Below the pieces are notes generated by a model that made no database searches, had not been told where the DNA came from, and saw only the letters and a list, made by a program, of their open reading frames with translations. The position numbers were made by a program, and so were the translations under genes. Positions 37,001 through 48,235 of a DNA stretch of 59,495 nt are shown piece after piece (position 1 is the stretch's first letter; every line of letters starts with the position of its first letter). The stretch covers positions 1 through 59,495 of the forward strand of contig JAUCBJ010008158.1 of assembly GCA_032718475.1 (NCBI GenBank). Reading direction: 5' to 3'. The DNA comes from Nemertoderma westbladi. Its lineage: Eukaryota; Animalia; Xenacoelomorpha.

Positions 37001-38495
37001 TAAGGTACCCGACAAGTTTCTGAAGGAAAAGATCAGTTATCAGGAGCATGAAGAAACCAACAAACAGATGCTGAGACTCTTACAATGCTATGAAGATTCC
37101 GATAAGTATTTCCTGTTGTTGAGAAATCCACAGATGCGCTTAAGGGATCGTTTCTCTAGCACAATGATAGATGGGTTGATACGTGTTGGAGGAAGGTTAA
37201 CGAATGCCCCATTATCCTTTGATACTAAGTTCCCCATACTCATTAGAAATCTTGAAATACAAGTCAAGATGATTGTAGATGTTCACAGCAAACTTTATCA
37301 TGCTGGTAGAGAACGAGTTCTTAGCGAAATTCGAACTCGCTATTATTTTTATAAACCCCGTAGAGCTCTGAACCAAGTTCTTAGGAACTGTATACCCTGT
37401 AGGAAAGCATTCAGTAGGCCTTTAACACAGAGAGAGGCAGAATTACCTAGGGAACGAGTAAGCTTTTATGAACCACCCTTTACTAATACCGGTGTGGATT
37501 TATTTGGCCCTATTGAAGTATATCGTGCTAGGACTATAGTCAAGAGATGGTGTGTAATCTTTGTTTGTATGACTTGTAGAGCCATCCATCTCGATATGGT
37601 GAACGATTTATCTACCAACAGCTTTCTATTAAGCTTACGACGACAAATCGCTCGCTTTGGCACTAGTAACACGATGAGATCTGATAAGGGAACAAACTTC
37701 ATTGGTGCCAGCAATGAAATCAAAGCTTACGTCAAAGATTGGAACCAAAGACAGGTGGACGACCAACTACGAGTAACAGCGTCTAGTTGGACCTTCAACG
37801 CCGCCGACGCCCCTTGGTGGGGAGGAAGTTGGGAGAGATTAATAAGAAGCGTGAAGACAGCATTTCATTTTATAGTGCCTTGCCGCGCTTATCTCACCGA
37901 CGAACTTTTGCGGACGTTAATGGAAGAAATCGCCGCCTATCTCAACGAGAGACCGCTTATGCCAGTCTCATCGAGTCCCGATTCCCTGGAAGCGCTAACA
38001 CCCGCGCACTTCCTACTGAAGAAACCTGTAGCCATGCTCCCACAATCGGAAATCACAGACGGAGACGAATACTGCCGACAAACTTGGCAACTCATGCAGT
38101 TGTTATCCCGTCGTTTCGCTGACCATTTCGAAAAACATTATCTGCCCACGCTACAACTTCGAACTAAGTGGTTTGCGCAGCAAGAAAACGTCAGCGCTGG
38201 AGACATGGTGCTTATTGTGGATGTGGATCTTCCACGTAAGCGGTGGCAGACAGGTCGTATAATCGAGACGCATATCTCGGATGACGGTTTGGTGCGATCG
38301 GTAGAACTCGTCGTCATGCGACGTAACTTCAAGAAACCGGGAATTGTCTTCGAGACGCAGCAGCTCAATCGCCCGGTGGGACGTTTATGTTTACTGGAAA
38401 GAGACAGAGAACTCTCCGGAAACTATGGGAGACAAGATACTCTTCCCACGACCACCTCCCTAATCCAACAAACATCTAGGGACTCCCCAACTTAA
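34017..38495 (+). CDS. pol: BEL/Pao Pol (protease, RT, RNase H, integrase); same frame as gag, probably made by TGA readthrough
   Basis: LLDSGS (PR); RVVFDGS, ASDIEGMFLQV, YMDD (RT); FGDAS, PRAEL, WTDA, NPADIASRG (RH); HHCC, GVDLFGP, SDKGTNF, WERL (IN). The frame is open from 34017, directly after the gag TGA. Confidence 0.96.
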   Translation, partial: QPSWKAPTSNVGIREFPVVQVRVHGPNRSYVVNALLDSGSTGTFIDKELAEDIFAGQPKFRTKLNMSGIMQVWKSTVTADYYVGALSTPQDELGEHSIRSVKMVAIKNFATTQADLYNWDEDESIQHLKIPRFQTDYPGVQILIGQNAHEALETLEKRPAQPQPLQVYAGRTRVGWYFTGPSCRTLMERLPKDQVYQVREWEVENSEFDDPTEGTPYSSDNDDIHQLFDEENAIDLLEESETWQNQVNLCQLLLPSERDDYNDELNDVIERYNAKTRDEHAVRFFTQEVVEPNSYDKALSVEEERAKQIQATTTRFLKDQGRYEIGLPFRKREPKFINNRPLAEKRIAQLHRRLTANSSAKEMYQTQLKKFISKGYAELVPEETPITERTYYLTHHYVPKPGKPHEVRVVFDGSALYMGQSLNSELLPGPNLLQSLLGILLRLRQYSIAFASDIEGMFLQVKALDRDRDSLRFLWWPEGDLNKKPVEYWMTIQAFGIISSPSNACSVVRTTADDNRDAFSKEVIDNIKRDIYMDDNLKSLPSVEEAIDVTKGTVECLKRGGFRLTKFTSNSREFLESIPVEDQGAKDLDLIKDDLPETKTLGLKWDTERDILFFQLKQRDNPVRTKRICLSILSTYFDPLGFISPVILIARSLVQQMWLENHSWDDPLKGELLKKWMKWEDSLPAIENFIISRSYFGHVLPTYSYQLHVFGDASDMGIGIVAYLRVETPDGIKVALVTSKALINNKLKVPRAELKAALYATAIGRNVTEQIDYPLEKTVYWTDALLVLEYITNEVCQFSVFVTNRVAIILSRTTMDQWRHCPGTINPADIASRGATPQELVDTPDWLGGPDFLYKEEEEWPPHLTTAEIRQAKGAEKVKPKTQASKSKLFKPTVDLSVLHTSGDEALDQKPTATNKLVVEIRDKDWKSGIPDISQGLSPLLQRAIHHYSSWNRLCKAVTYLKRCFHHHYSGMKTKGDTAPITSVQVHVIKDIPKYKVPDKFLKEKISYQEHEETNKQMLRLLQCYEDSDKYFLLLRNPQMRLRDRFSSTMIDGLIRVGGRLTNAPLSFDTKFPILIRNLEIQVKMIVDVHSKLYHAGRERVLSEIRTRYYFYKPRRALNQVLRNCIPCRKAFSRPLTQREAELPRERVSFYEPPFTNTGVDLFGPIEVYRARTIVKRWCVIFVCMTCRAIHLDMVNDLSTNSFLLSLRRQIARFGTSNTMRSDKGTNFIGASNEIKAYVKDWNQRQVDDQLRVTASSWTFNAADAPWWGGSWERLIRSVKTAFHFIVPCRAYLTDELLRTLMEEIAAYLNERPLMPVSSSPDSLEALTPAHFLLKKPVAMLPQSEITDGDEYCRQTWQLMQLLSRRFADHFEKHYLPTLQLRTKWFAQQENVSAGDMVLIVDVDLPRKRWQTGRIIETHISDDGLVRSVELVVMRRNFKKPGIVFETQQLNRPVGRLCLLERDRELSGNYGRQDTLPTTTSLIQQTSRDSPT

Positions 38496-40138
38496 CAACG
38501 GCTGGAGTGGGCGTGTGACCATATTATTTTATATTTGTATTTGTTTTATTTTTATATTTATGTATGTATTATTATGTAATTTTATTTTAATCGTTTTATT
38601 TAATTTTATTTAGTAGTATGTATTTTAGAGATTATTTAGTAGATTAGTGCAATATATATTCGCGTTTATTATTTAATTACGTATATTATATATTTAGTGC
38701 GACGGCGAGAAATAATTCTTTTTCTCTTTCCTTACTGCCCGTATTACATTATCAATACGTGATTACAGTAAGATGAAATATCCGTACTTATTAAAGTACA
38801 ATAAAGCCACTACTATATTCAAGTATTATTGGTAGGCAGAGTATTAGGAATGCAAAGTTCAGATCCTCGTGTCTCGGCTAAACCAAGCTCTGGGTAGACC
38901 TTGGAAACGACTTGCCTCTTCACACTGACATTGCTTCGTGCGATATTGCTCTCATACCGTATATTAAATAATACATATAGTAGCGTGATGTCCCTTTAAC
39001 AGTAGCGTATAACGCAAAATAAATCTGTTAAACCCTTTGACCATCTGTAATTCTAGTCGATTAAGATATCGCGGCACCCACCGATATACTTGAAAGACAA
39101 ATTTCTAGAATCAGTGGTTAACGTCCCCAGACAAGTTCTGGAATAAACTGGTGCCCATCCTAAATATTAATTATTAATATTTACAAAAATCTGTCAAATA
39201 TCAGATCCTTTAAAATTCTAGTCGATTAAGATATCGTAGCACTTACCGATACTCTTAAAAGGACAATTTTCCTAGAATCAAGGATCCCATGTCCCCAGAC
39301 ACTGCTCTGGAATCAAATTGTGTCTATTTTAACATCAAATAATAAAATTCACGGGAATAAATTTAAATTCATACTTTCAATGAATTTAATAAATTGTCAT
39401 TTTGTACAATTTATAACATTCCCAAAATTCCATTAATTAATAGATCATGGGAGCGGAGATTCACTCTATTAAGTGTATTTGTGTGCGAGAATCTCCAATG
39501 TATAGTCAATAGCCGATAAAATTCATAGAATCATGTATAAAGGGGATATTGACCATTAAAGAATTACTATTAAATAGCATCCCAGATCTGTATGCATGAG
39601 AATTACCCTAATTCTACCGCTAGCTTTCCATAATGTCACCATGGCAACAACCACGCTAGAATTAGAAGTGAGTTAAAAGAACAATAGAAAGCATGCCCCA
39701 TTGAATAGCATAGGGAATAAATAGCGCACTGCTAGTATCCAAGGATACATAATAAATACAGTGACATTCTGGAAGGTACTGACTAACGGACAAATGGCCC
39801 GAATGTGTGCAGTTTGTTGCAGTTGTGTTGAATTTGTGCGTTTGTAGGTGAATGTTACTACTAAGGTGTGTTTACAGTAGCGAGTCGCAATTGTGAAAGT
39901 AACCCTAACTCTCCAAGAAGAACCTGCAGTACATCTAAGCCTTTGGGACGGACAGTGAAGTGACTTGTGCCGGTTATCGTTGTCGTTGTGTAGCTACATC
40001 GTTGGCGAAAGCACAGCGACGACGGTACATCGGCGCTGAGGATCTTACACTGTCCGGGGGCAAAAGAGGGGTAGGCAGCGACGCCCGCTAGCCTAATATA
40101 TATAAACTCATTATAATATTGATAAACTCATAGCAGAT

Positions 40139-42924
40139 ATGACTGAGTTGATAGAAGATGATCTTGGCATCAGGGAGCGATATACTCTACCTTTACAAGC
40201 GTTTGTCGATAGCTTGATACGCGGCGACGCTGGTCCAACTACTACGGAGGATGATGGTCGTTATATCGAACCGCCAATGTCCCCGGAGCAACTTACGCGT
40301 GAATTGGACTATAGAAAGTTCACCGCTCGCTATACGCATCGTAATGGTACGTATATGGACTTCTTAACTACCGGCCACCCTATCGATTTACACGATACGG
40401 ACGATGTGGATACCGAAAGGGAAATGGTTTTATTTAAATATCATACCCAACGGAATCGGAACGATAAGCCAAGAATAGAACACGAGAACTCTATTCGAAA
40501 CCGACTCGAAAGAGAAGACGTTGAAGAACCGGATAAACGCAACGACTTCAACGATTATCTGGAATTCTTGAGAGAAACATACCTCCGTATAATCTTGATG
40601 GATTCATCAAAACTCGTTTAGTGCACTGGAATCTTGATGTGTTATTCGAGGAGGAAAGAATACAACGATATGGAGATGTGGAAACATATACCACACAATA
40701 TTTAAAGTATAAAGACCTGCCTAATGCTAGCGAATGTGCTACCTTGTGGCATCCTATGGGAATGACACTCGAAAACGCCACTAAAGAGTGGAACAAAACT
40801 CTTAACGTTATCGAGATGTATGGAGTTGTCACTTACGATAACGAAGGTAGCGTTCCGGTTGGATAACTTGGAACTACGCGGATGATACACATACGAGGAC
40901 TCGCTGGTTCTACCCACGTATTTACTCGAGCGTGTTCCGACGTTATTGATTATTCTTTTGAAACTCTTACTGAGACACAAAAGAAACTCCGACATGGACA
41001 ATTTGAGCTCGCGCAGCGTTACGTCACCGACACCGAGCGCAAACCGGCCATGGGTATCGATGGATCGATGTTACCCCAACCCGTGCTCGAGATGTTGTTT
41101 AACGAAGGAATCCTTAAAATCGGCTCAGCTGTTTATGGAGACCTACAGAACGACTTTCGGAATATGGAGAACATTCCATACCCCTTCGTTGATACTCAGC
41201 TGATTGCTCCTTGGGCAGAAGGCCGAGGTTTCTTCCGCACTATGTATGCCAATACTAAAGTACAACGAACCTCCATCGGACATCTTGCCTTTCAAGAATA
41301 CGGATGGAATTTCAAGGTTGGAAATCCTATAAATTACCAACAAGTATACGGAGATCATTATTCTCGTTTATACTTTGATGGACCGTTGACCGCACCTGGC
41401 GCCGTGTATAGCTTTATGAGTGTTCCACTTCGTCCCTCCTTAGCTATATACACGATCTTTGAAAACGCAGCACTTGCCGGTTGGCTAGCCGATGTGTGCA
41501 GTCGTACCATACGCGCCCATCCCTTAATACTTGGAACCAAACTCGCCAAGTTAGATGAACACAATAAATTCATCCGCTTTGAATGTTTCAGGCGCTTTCT
41601 GACTCCGTTCCGTAACGTTGATAGTCAGTTCAAGGACCGCGCTCTGACCAAACTCAGCCTGAGAGACTCAGCGGCGGAGAAGCTAAACAGCGCGGGATTT
41701 GCCCTTTTTCAGGACGTTTGTATACAGAACTTGCACTCATCTGTTATACAAAGACCCCGAATACCCACAGGTTATTCTGTCGTCGAAGTTCAGACAGTGG
41801 GTCCGCTTGCGGAGACAGCCGCACCTACCTCAGCTATGCAATTGGAAGACGAACCAATATGCTTAGAAGCTGAAGCGATTCAGCCTACAGCGCCCCGGAG
41901 CAGCGATAACGACTACGTCTTAGAGTGGTATCAAGGTCCACAATGTCTCACCGCATACGATTATCGACACGCTAACTATGTTTCTCGAAAACGTTGTCGA
42001 TTATGCGCATCGAGAGACCATTTCAATCCTATGGACTCAGACGTTCCCTGTTCCTATTTCCACGAACAACCAATGATGGAGATATATTGTGCGTATTGCA
42101 GACTTAATAACTCTCATATTTTTGCAGTCTGCCCCCAATTTATGACTCAATGCCACCACTGTCAACTTAAAGGACATGCCAGTTATAATTGCCCCTTTAA
42201 TCACGATTTAGAGAGCGTAGATGAAATGATTACCCTGCGCTACATCCGAGCTTGGGAAGCTAACGCGGATTTACACTGTGAGTCCCGTCATCGATACTAC
42301 CCTGGACGCTCTTACGAGGGAGTTTACGCGTTCCATCCTTATTTATTAGCGTCTGTGGAACAAAAAACACGCATACCGAGTTACGAGCTAATGAAGCGTG
42401 TTGGTGAGTGTATTTCCACTAAATTTGTTAGAAGATACCTTAGGAACGTCAATCCTAACGATATTACTTCATACCATTTGATCAATTATATCCGTCAAGA
42501 CCCTGAGTATGGCGATTTATTTATCAACTCGCACCCGGAGTTACAGGAAGTATCTCGACGGCCCTACGAATATCGAGCCCGAGAACGCGAGCTGGAAAGA
42601 ACTATTAAACCAAGGAAGTTTCTCACCACTCACGGTCCGCCTACCGCCATTGCCCAGACAACCCGTCAAGGACCCGTAGGAGCTGCTGTCCTGAGGCGCG
42701 CCCTAAAGGCTGTTAGACCTCACTCCACGGAAGTTGATATCGATCAACCAGGTACCTCGACCGGCGGATACACCGATCGCAATCCGAAACCTTCTGATGC
42801 AATTGTATTGCACCCTTCACCCAGGAGTTACAGCCCTCCTAGTAAAGTGGTTCGCCCCAAAGAGAAAAGGACTCTTGCTAGCCTCAAAAAACTGCGTAAA
42901 CGCCGTCCGCGTAAGAAAGACTAA
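40139..42924 (+). pseudogene. Retrotransposon ORF3: DEDDy 3'-5' exonuclease-like domain + CCHC zinc knuckles + basic tail (~928 aa reconstructed; 1 frameshift, 1 in-frame stop)
   Basis: ORFs 40139-40621, 40621-40866 and 40882-42924 join through a -1 shift near 40575 and an in-frame TAA at 40864-40866. Motifs VVTYDNEG, LPQPVLEMLFNEGILKIGSAVYGD, FVDTQ, SIGHLAFQEYG, GPLTAPGAVY; knuckles CAYCRLNNSHIFAVC and CHHCQLKGHASYNC. Confidence 0.8.
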
Positions 42925-42994
42925 CTGTTTAGAGTATTTTTATATTTTAGAAACTGTGATTTGTTATATTTTATAGACTTAAATCCCATTTTCT

Positions 42995-43002
42995 GGGAGC
43001 GG
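42995..43002 (+). promoter_or_regulatory. Polypurine tract
   Basis: GGGAGCGG directly before the TGT of the 3' LTR. Confidence 0.7.
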
Positions 43003-44171
43003 TGTAAAAGCTTTTGCGTAATTAGCCGGTTATTTTCCCCGTAAAGTACTCTGTAGTTGGTTTACTGGGCATAAAAAGGCCGTGTCCTTACTGTACTGGT
43101 GTTTTAGAGGACATAAAAGCCATTTCTTCTGTATTTGTACTTTAGAGGACATAATCCGCAATTTCGGGACGCAATAAGCTCGATACTCTTGAAAACAGTG
43201 TCGCTACCATGACGACGGCTAACAGCTGATATTGCCACGTCGACATTTCTTTGTTTCTTTGTTCTCTCGTTGTTCGGTCGACCAATCAGAGCGTTTTTTG
43301 TCTCTGTGTTGGAGGTGGATACAGAAACTCAGGAATTCAGTGTTATGTTTTTGCCCAGAGCCTAAGAACACCGGCTTTTGGCACCTCCGTGTTTCAGTCT
43401 TTAGTCTTACAATTAGTAGGCTTAATTATAGAACGTATATCTGTTATCTACCTACTTACTTACTCACTCACTATCCATAAACTATTAATCTTACAAATCT
43501 TACTAATATTACTGCTTTTACTGTCGGTTATTCGTTATATTTGTTGATGAAATATTATATCGGAATACTGATCAATAGTCAGACACCCCACCTTCTTGAT
43601 ATACTAAAGGTTAGAGAGACCGGTTACAGATAAACGATTGCGACCTATGTTAAGTGGTTTGGAGTGAATCTAATGCTATTTCATAGGCCCGACATAAATT
43701 GTCTGTTGCTCTCTTTATACGTGACTAAATTTAGTGAAGGTCGGCAGGTTAGTGTGCAGTATTGTGCAGCATTGTGTATGAGTGTAACTGATAACAAAGC
43801 ATCTCCTAAAGAATGCGCCATATACGTGAATCTATAGCCTTTTCGTTGTGTCTAGTTTAAGTCATAACTCTGTTTACATATTTAGAGCGCCACGTCCTAA
43901 AGGAACTGTTAATATTTCCCGAAAGTGAATAATATTTGTCAGAGATTATATATTACGATCAGTCGAATAATACAGTAGGCTTACACCATCAATCATTAAG
44001 CTTCCGAATTCAGTCTCCCGGGTATATCCAGCGGGTGAATGATTGCGCATAGACTGGCTTCGGCTAATGTAGTGTATCAAATACTCGTCATAGGCTAAAG
44101 ACTATCTATCATCCAAAAGACATTCTAATTTTGGCAGGTTAAACTGTCAAAGGTCTTCAAAAGCGCAAACA
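43003..44171 (+). repeat. 3' LTR (1169 bp)
   Basis: Direct repeat of 27013-28172, roughly 95% identical by eye outside a divergent block at ~43448-43510. Confidence 0.95.
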
Positions 44172-44247
44172 CCTTGTAAAGTAGCGCTGCGTATTGATAT
44201 TATATTAATTGATATTATTATATTGATATTAATTGATATTATATTAC

Positions 44248-44367
44248 CTTGATATTGAGTTGTCAGGTAGTATCGAATCTCCCCAACTATTCGCATTCGG
44301 AAAATTTTCTGGAGTAGATATCCTCAATTGGGCATCAGTGTAGGAATCACCATCATAGATTAACCAC
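44248..44367 (-). CDS. beta/gamma-crystallin multi-domain gene, exon 7 of those seen
   Basis: AG/GT bounded; encodes WLIYDGDSYTDAQLRISTPENFPNANSWGDSILPDNSIS; phase matches the preceding exon. The 3' boundary could instead be a stop (AGG TAA). Confidence 0.85.
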
Positions 44368-45608
44368 CTTAAAGTTAGGCAATATAATTTTATAAAAAAA
44401 GTTAAACAATATAATCTTATTAGTTATCCTTAAACAATATAATTTTATAAAAAAAGTTAAACAATATAATCTTATTAGTTATCATTAAGCAATATAATTT
44501 TATTATGACTGTTATTATCCTATTACAATTCAGGTTCTAAAATTACCTACTATATTATAAGTACAGTATGAGTGTTGCTTGATAAACCATCTCCTAGAAT
44601 CTGCAACTACGATATTGTGTGAAATTTGGAACAGGTGCCTCTGTCGATATTGCACTATTAGCTCTGTTGTTATTTTTAAATCTTACAGTGGTTTGAGACA
44701 ACTTGATTAAAAACATAACTATAAAAAATAAAATAATATACAAATAATAATGTGAGTAGTAGAACATGTAGCCAGTTTCAGCATTTTAATAATACCAGTA
44801 CCTGAGGCCGGTTGCATTGGATTACACTATAGTACTACAATCTTAGGGACTCTTAAACTTTACCGTGCCATTATAGCCATATTAACAGAACAAAAAATAT
44901 TTGTTCTAGAACAAAATTTTTATATTAAATGTATAGATAATATGTTCTAGAACAATAAAAAAAATCAACAAAAAATAGCTAGTATATAAAATTCATACAA
45001 AGATAACATAGAATAAAAAATTAACAAATTAGCTAGTGCTTTGTATTTTTTGTTCTAGAACAAAAAATATTTTTTCTAGAACAACATTTTTATATGAAAT
45101 GGATTGAAAATGTTCTAGAACATTTAAAAAACAAGAAACAAAAACTAGCTAGCTTGCCATTTTGCAATTTTTTGATAAATTAAAATGATAGTTTTTAATC
45201 TATCATATCATAATTAGGGAAACTAGAAGGAAGTGAAGGAAGTGTACCCGGTTTAGTAACAAACAATAAAAACATCAGCTACACAAAACGTAACAAAATG
45301 TAATTGTACGTAAAGTAAATTACGGTATCACTTGCGTAAAAATATATTATATAATTATAACAATTATATTTTTTTGAATTATATTGAATATATAGGTGGC
45401 ACGGCAAACTGTAAGAGTGCCCCATCTTATATATCTATGTTGCACAAATCATAGCTTACTTGTGAACATCATAAATAGCTGGACGGACTATCTAAACATT
45501 ACTCCAGCATCATCGATGCCATCTGATCCTAAAAAAGGCCATACAACAACAGGTAGTCATGTTGTCGTTGCAGCTTTTTCTGCACAAAGGCCCTACTCGT
45601 GTACTTAC

Positions 45609-45772
45609 TGCCCACAAATGACTTTCATTGAGGATATATCATTTTGTTGATCGTTGTTAAGTAACTGACTTGCTACGATACTCCCACTTGTCTTGTAAAT
45701 CTCTCCGCCGTAGTTCTCTTCAGTGTAGAATTCAATTAGTGGAGCAGAACATGATCCAGGTGGCCCAGGGAC
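45609..45772 (-). CDS. beta/gamma-crystallin multi-domain gene, exon 6
   Basis: AG/GTAAGT bounded; VPGPPGSCSAPLIEFYTEENYGGEIYKTSGSIVASQLLNNDQQNDISSMKVICG(Q). Confidence 0.88.
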
Positions 45773-46100
45773 CTAATTACAAAAGCAAAATTTTTGCAAA
45801 ATTATATTATTCAAATTAAAATTATCACAAAAGTTTGTAATTTTATGTAATGCATGTGCGGAAAACTACTGATATATCTTTGACAGTCCTACAGTATACA
45901 ATAAACTTTGCTATGCACTGAATTTTTCTGGTGTTGTTGTTAATTTATAATTTAAGGGGAACGTTACAATTTTGAGACAATATATTTAATTGTATTTTTC
46001 TTAAAATCTATTATCATTGGTAGTTTGAAATTTTGACATTCTCTCAGGCATATTTATAGTTTATTTAAAAAAAAAATTGGATATATAAAACCAAAGAATC

Positions 46101-46228
46101 GGTGACTTCCAAATCCTGGAAAGCTTATTCAAGGCTGTCCATGCGTTTCCCTTACGTATTCGAAGGTCCTCACCTGACTTCCGGATCCATGATCCCAGGT
46201 AACAGAAGTCGTCCACATGCTCAAGCAT
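46101..46228 (-). mobile_element. Short RTE fragment
   Basis: Near-identical to ~4175-4301. Confidence 0.85.
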
Positions 46229-46416
46229 AAGGAGAGAGAGAATGACTCTAATGGTTCTCGAATGACTCGGGCCTTTCTGGCCATAAGGTTAGTCCATGAT
46301 ATTAAATATAAATAATTGCCAATCAACATAATTTTTCTAGGTCCATGTAGCGAGACCGCTAGTATTCACTCCCTTGTTGTTAATTTTCAGTTGGGTTTTA
46401 TTTTTATATCTTCATA

Positions 46417-46722
46417 GGGCGCAGTGGCGACATTGGTAGAGCGTGGGACTTGGAATCTATCTCTATGTATCTCTTGGTACCGAGTTCGATCCGACTTCCA
46501 GTGAATTTTTTTTGCTAGTAAGATTGGTAGTAAGCCATTCAAAGGAGACAGTTCATGCGTTAGTAGACGCAGACCCTTGCGCGATTACGCGCTTATTATG
46601 TATAAATTCAGTTCCTTTTCCCCTCTCTATTTGGCCATTAGCGAGGCCGTATGTTAACATGATACATTTGTGAGCAATGTTTCACTTTATTGTATGCCTA
46701 ACAAATAAAGTTCAATCAATAA
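46417..46722 (+). mobile_element. tRNA-derived SINE-like element
   Basis: A-box-like TGGCGACATTGG, B-box GAGTTCGATCC, unrelated body, AATAAA and a short AAT tail; no complete cloverleaf. Confidence 0.55.
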
Positions 46723-48235
46723 TAACATTAGCCGAGGTAACAAAAACTTTCCTTATTAACATGATATTCTTACCACTAACTAGAAAGGCATTTCCTATAG
46801 GAAATGCAACCACGAAGCTAAGGAAAATTAAACAAATGGCCACACTTTGGTTCGTTGCTTAAAAGCCTAGTTTAGTAGCAATTGCCAATAATTAACTTAT
46901 ATTCCCATGGAAACTAGAGTTCTCTGGAACTGTTGGTTTAACCGTTCAAAAAAAGAGTCAGTCCAGATTGTGGTTCAGATAACACATACCGAGTTTCAGA
47001 AATTATTCTAGTTTGCGTCCAAATTACTGATTTTCTATCAAAATGCATCTGTGCGTAGTGGTTGTCATGGAAACTGAAAAATATAACAATGTAATTTGGA
47101 TGCAGAATAAGCCATATAGTGGGACTAGGTGTTGGTCCCAAGTCATCAAGTAACTATATATTTCTGGAATGATTTGAGTTTCACTAAAAGTTCCAACTAG
47201 TGGTCCAGATAACACAATACCCAGTTTCATAAAATTTTATCGCAAATGTCCAAATGAGTAATTTTTGTATGAAAACATCTGTTTTCAGCGGTTGTCATGG
47301 TAACTGTAAAATATAACAATGAAATTCGAATGCAGAAAAAGTTATATAGTGGGGGTAAGGGTTGGTCCCAAGTCATAACGCCTTGTCCTTAGGCTTCAAA
47401 TTAACATTTCATAAATTTTAACATTTTAACCGGTTGCCATGGTAACTGGATTTTCTATTTAACCTCAATCGGCTCTGCTATGGACCTTATAGTTGTGTTG
47501 AGAAACCCCAAGTTTATATATATTATAGTTTTCCTACAAATAGAGTTATAAATATTGACTTGAAATACATGACCTGACGTTACCTGACGCTAAGTGTAGA
47601 CACCCGAGCACCTGTAAAATAAAAGCTCGCGATTGGTTGGAAGGAGTAGAGAGGAAGTTCGTTGGGTGACTAATAACGCCTCTAGCGGAATATGCGGGAA
47701 CTTGAGAAGTTACCATGGTTACGGTTGAAATGCTGACATCTGATTGGTTGAAATAATAACGACCACTGGTAACGGTTGAAATGGTGGCTTGTGATTGGAT
47801 GCAGTACTAGAAATGGATGCTAATGCTGGGCTATGGGTGACTCCTTTTTTCTTTGATTATCCCTGCATGTCATAGTCATACTGGTGTGCAGATACTGGTA
47901 TAGGCCTATCCAATCCACTTCTTGCCTACCGACCGGTATGTACGCCGTGACCACGGGTTTAATCCCGTCGTCAGCGCTACCCTATCGCCTACACTATCTC
48001 TCCCAACATGGCCTATAGTATGTGAAGTAAGGCCAACAGTATGTCCTGCAGTCTGCCTGTGTCCTTCTGGACTGAAGCTAATCTTCTCGAGTATTCCAAG
48101 AAGTTCTCCCTGCGACTACCATATTCTCGATTGGCAGCTATGTTCTGACGGGAAGTTTCTCTCTGGTCCCCTCTCCTGTCTTCATCCTCATACCGGTACA
48201 CTCTGTGCCCCTCTCCCGGTGTGTGGTATAATGAT

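Larger units (their letters stand above)
27013..44171 (+). mobile_element. Full-length BEL/Pao LTR retrotransposon (~17.2 kb) with an extra 3' ORF
   Basis: TG...CA LTRs at both ends; Gag with DUF1759-like region and triple zinc knuckle; Pol order PR-RT-RH-IN with Pao-type motifs; PPT before the 3' LTR. Confidence 0.97.

Noticed and set aside
40560-40866. Programmed recoding at the two ORF3 lesions
   Set aside because: No X XXY YYZ slippery heptamer at the shift and no CARYYA after the TAA; mutation or consensus error is simpler, pending other copies.
40882-42924. ORF3 as an envelope gene or a captured nanos
   Set aside because: No signal peptide, TM anchor or fusion-protein pattern; the CCHC spacing is knuckle-like and shorter than the nanos finger.
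44380-45160. Short AT-rich tandem and GTTCTAGAAC palindromic repeats
   Set aside because: Ordinary intronic low-complexity or MITE debris with no definable termini.
46417-46500. Functional tRNA gene
   Set aside because: A and B boxes are present but the acceptor and anticodon stems do not form; better read as a SINE head.
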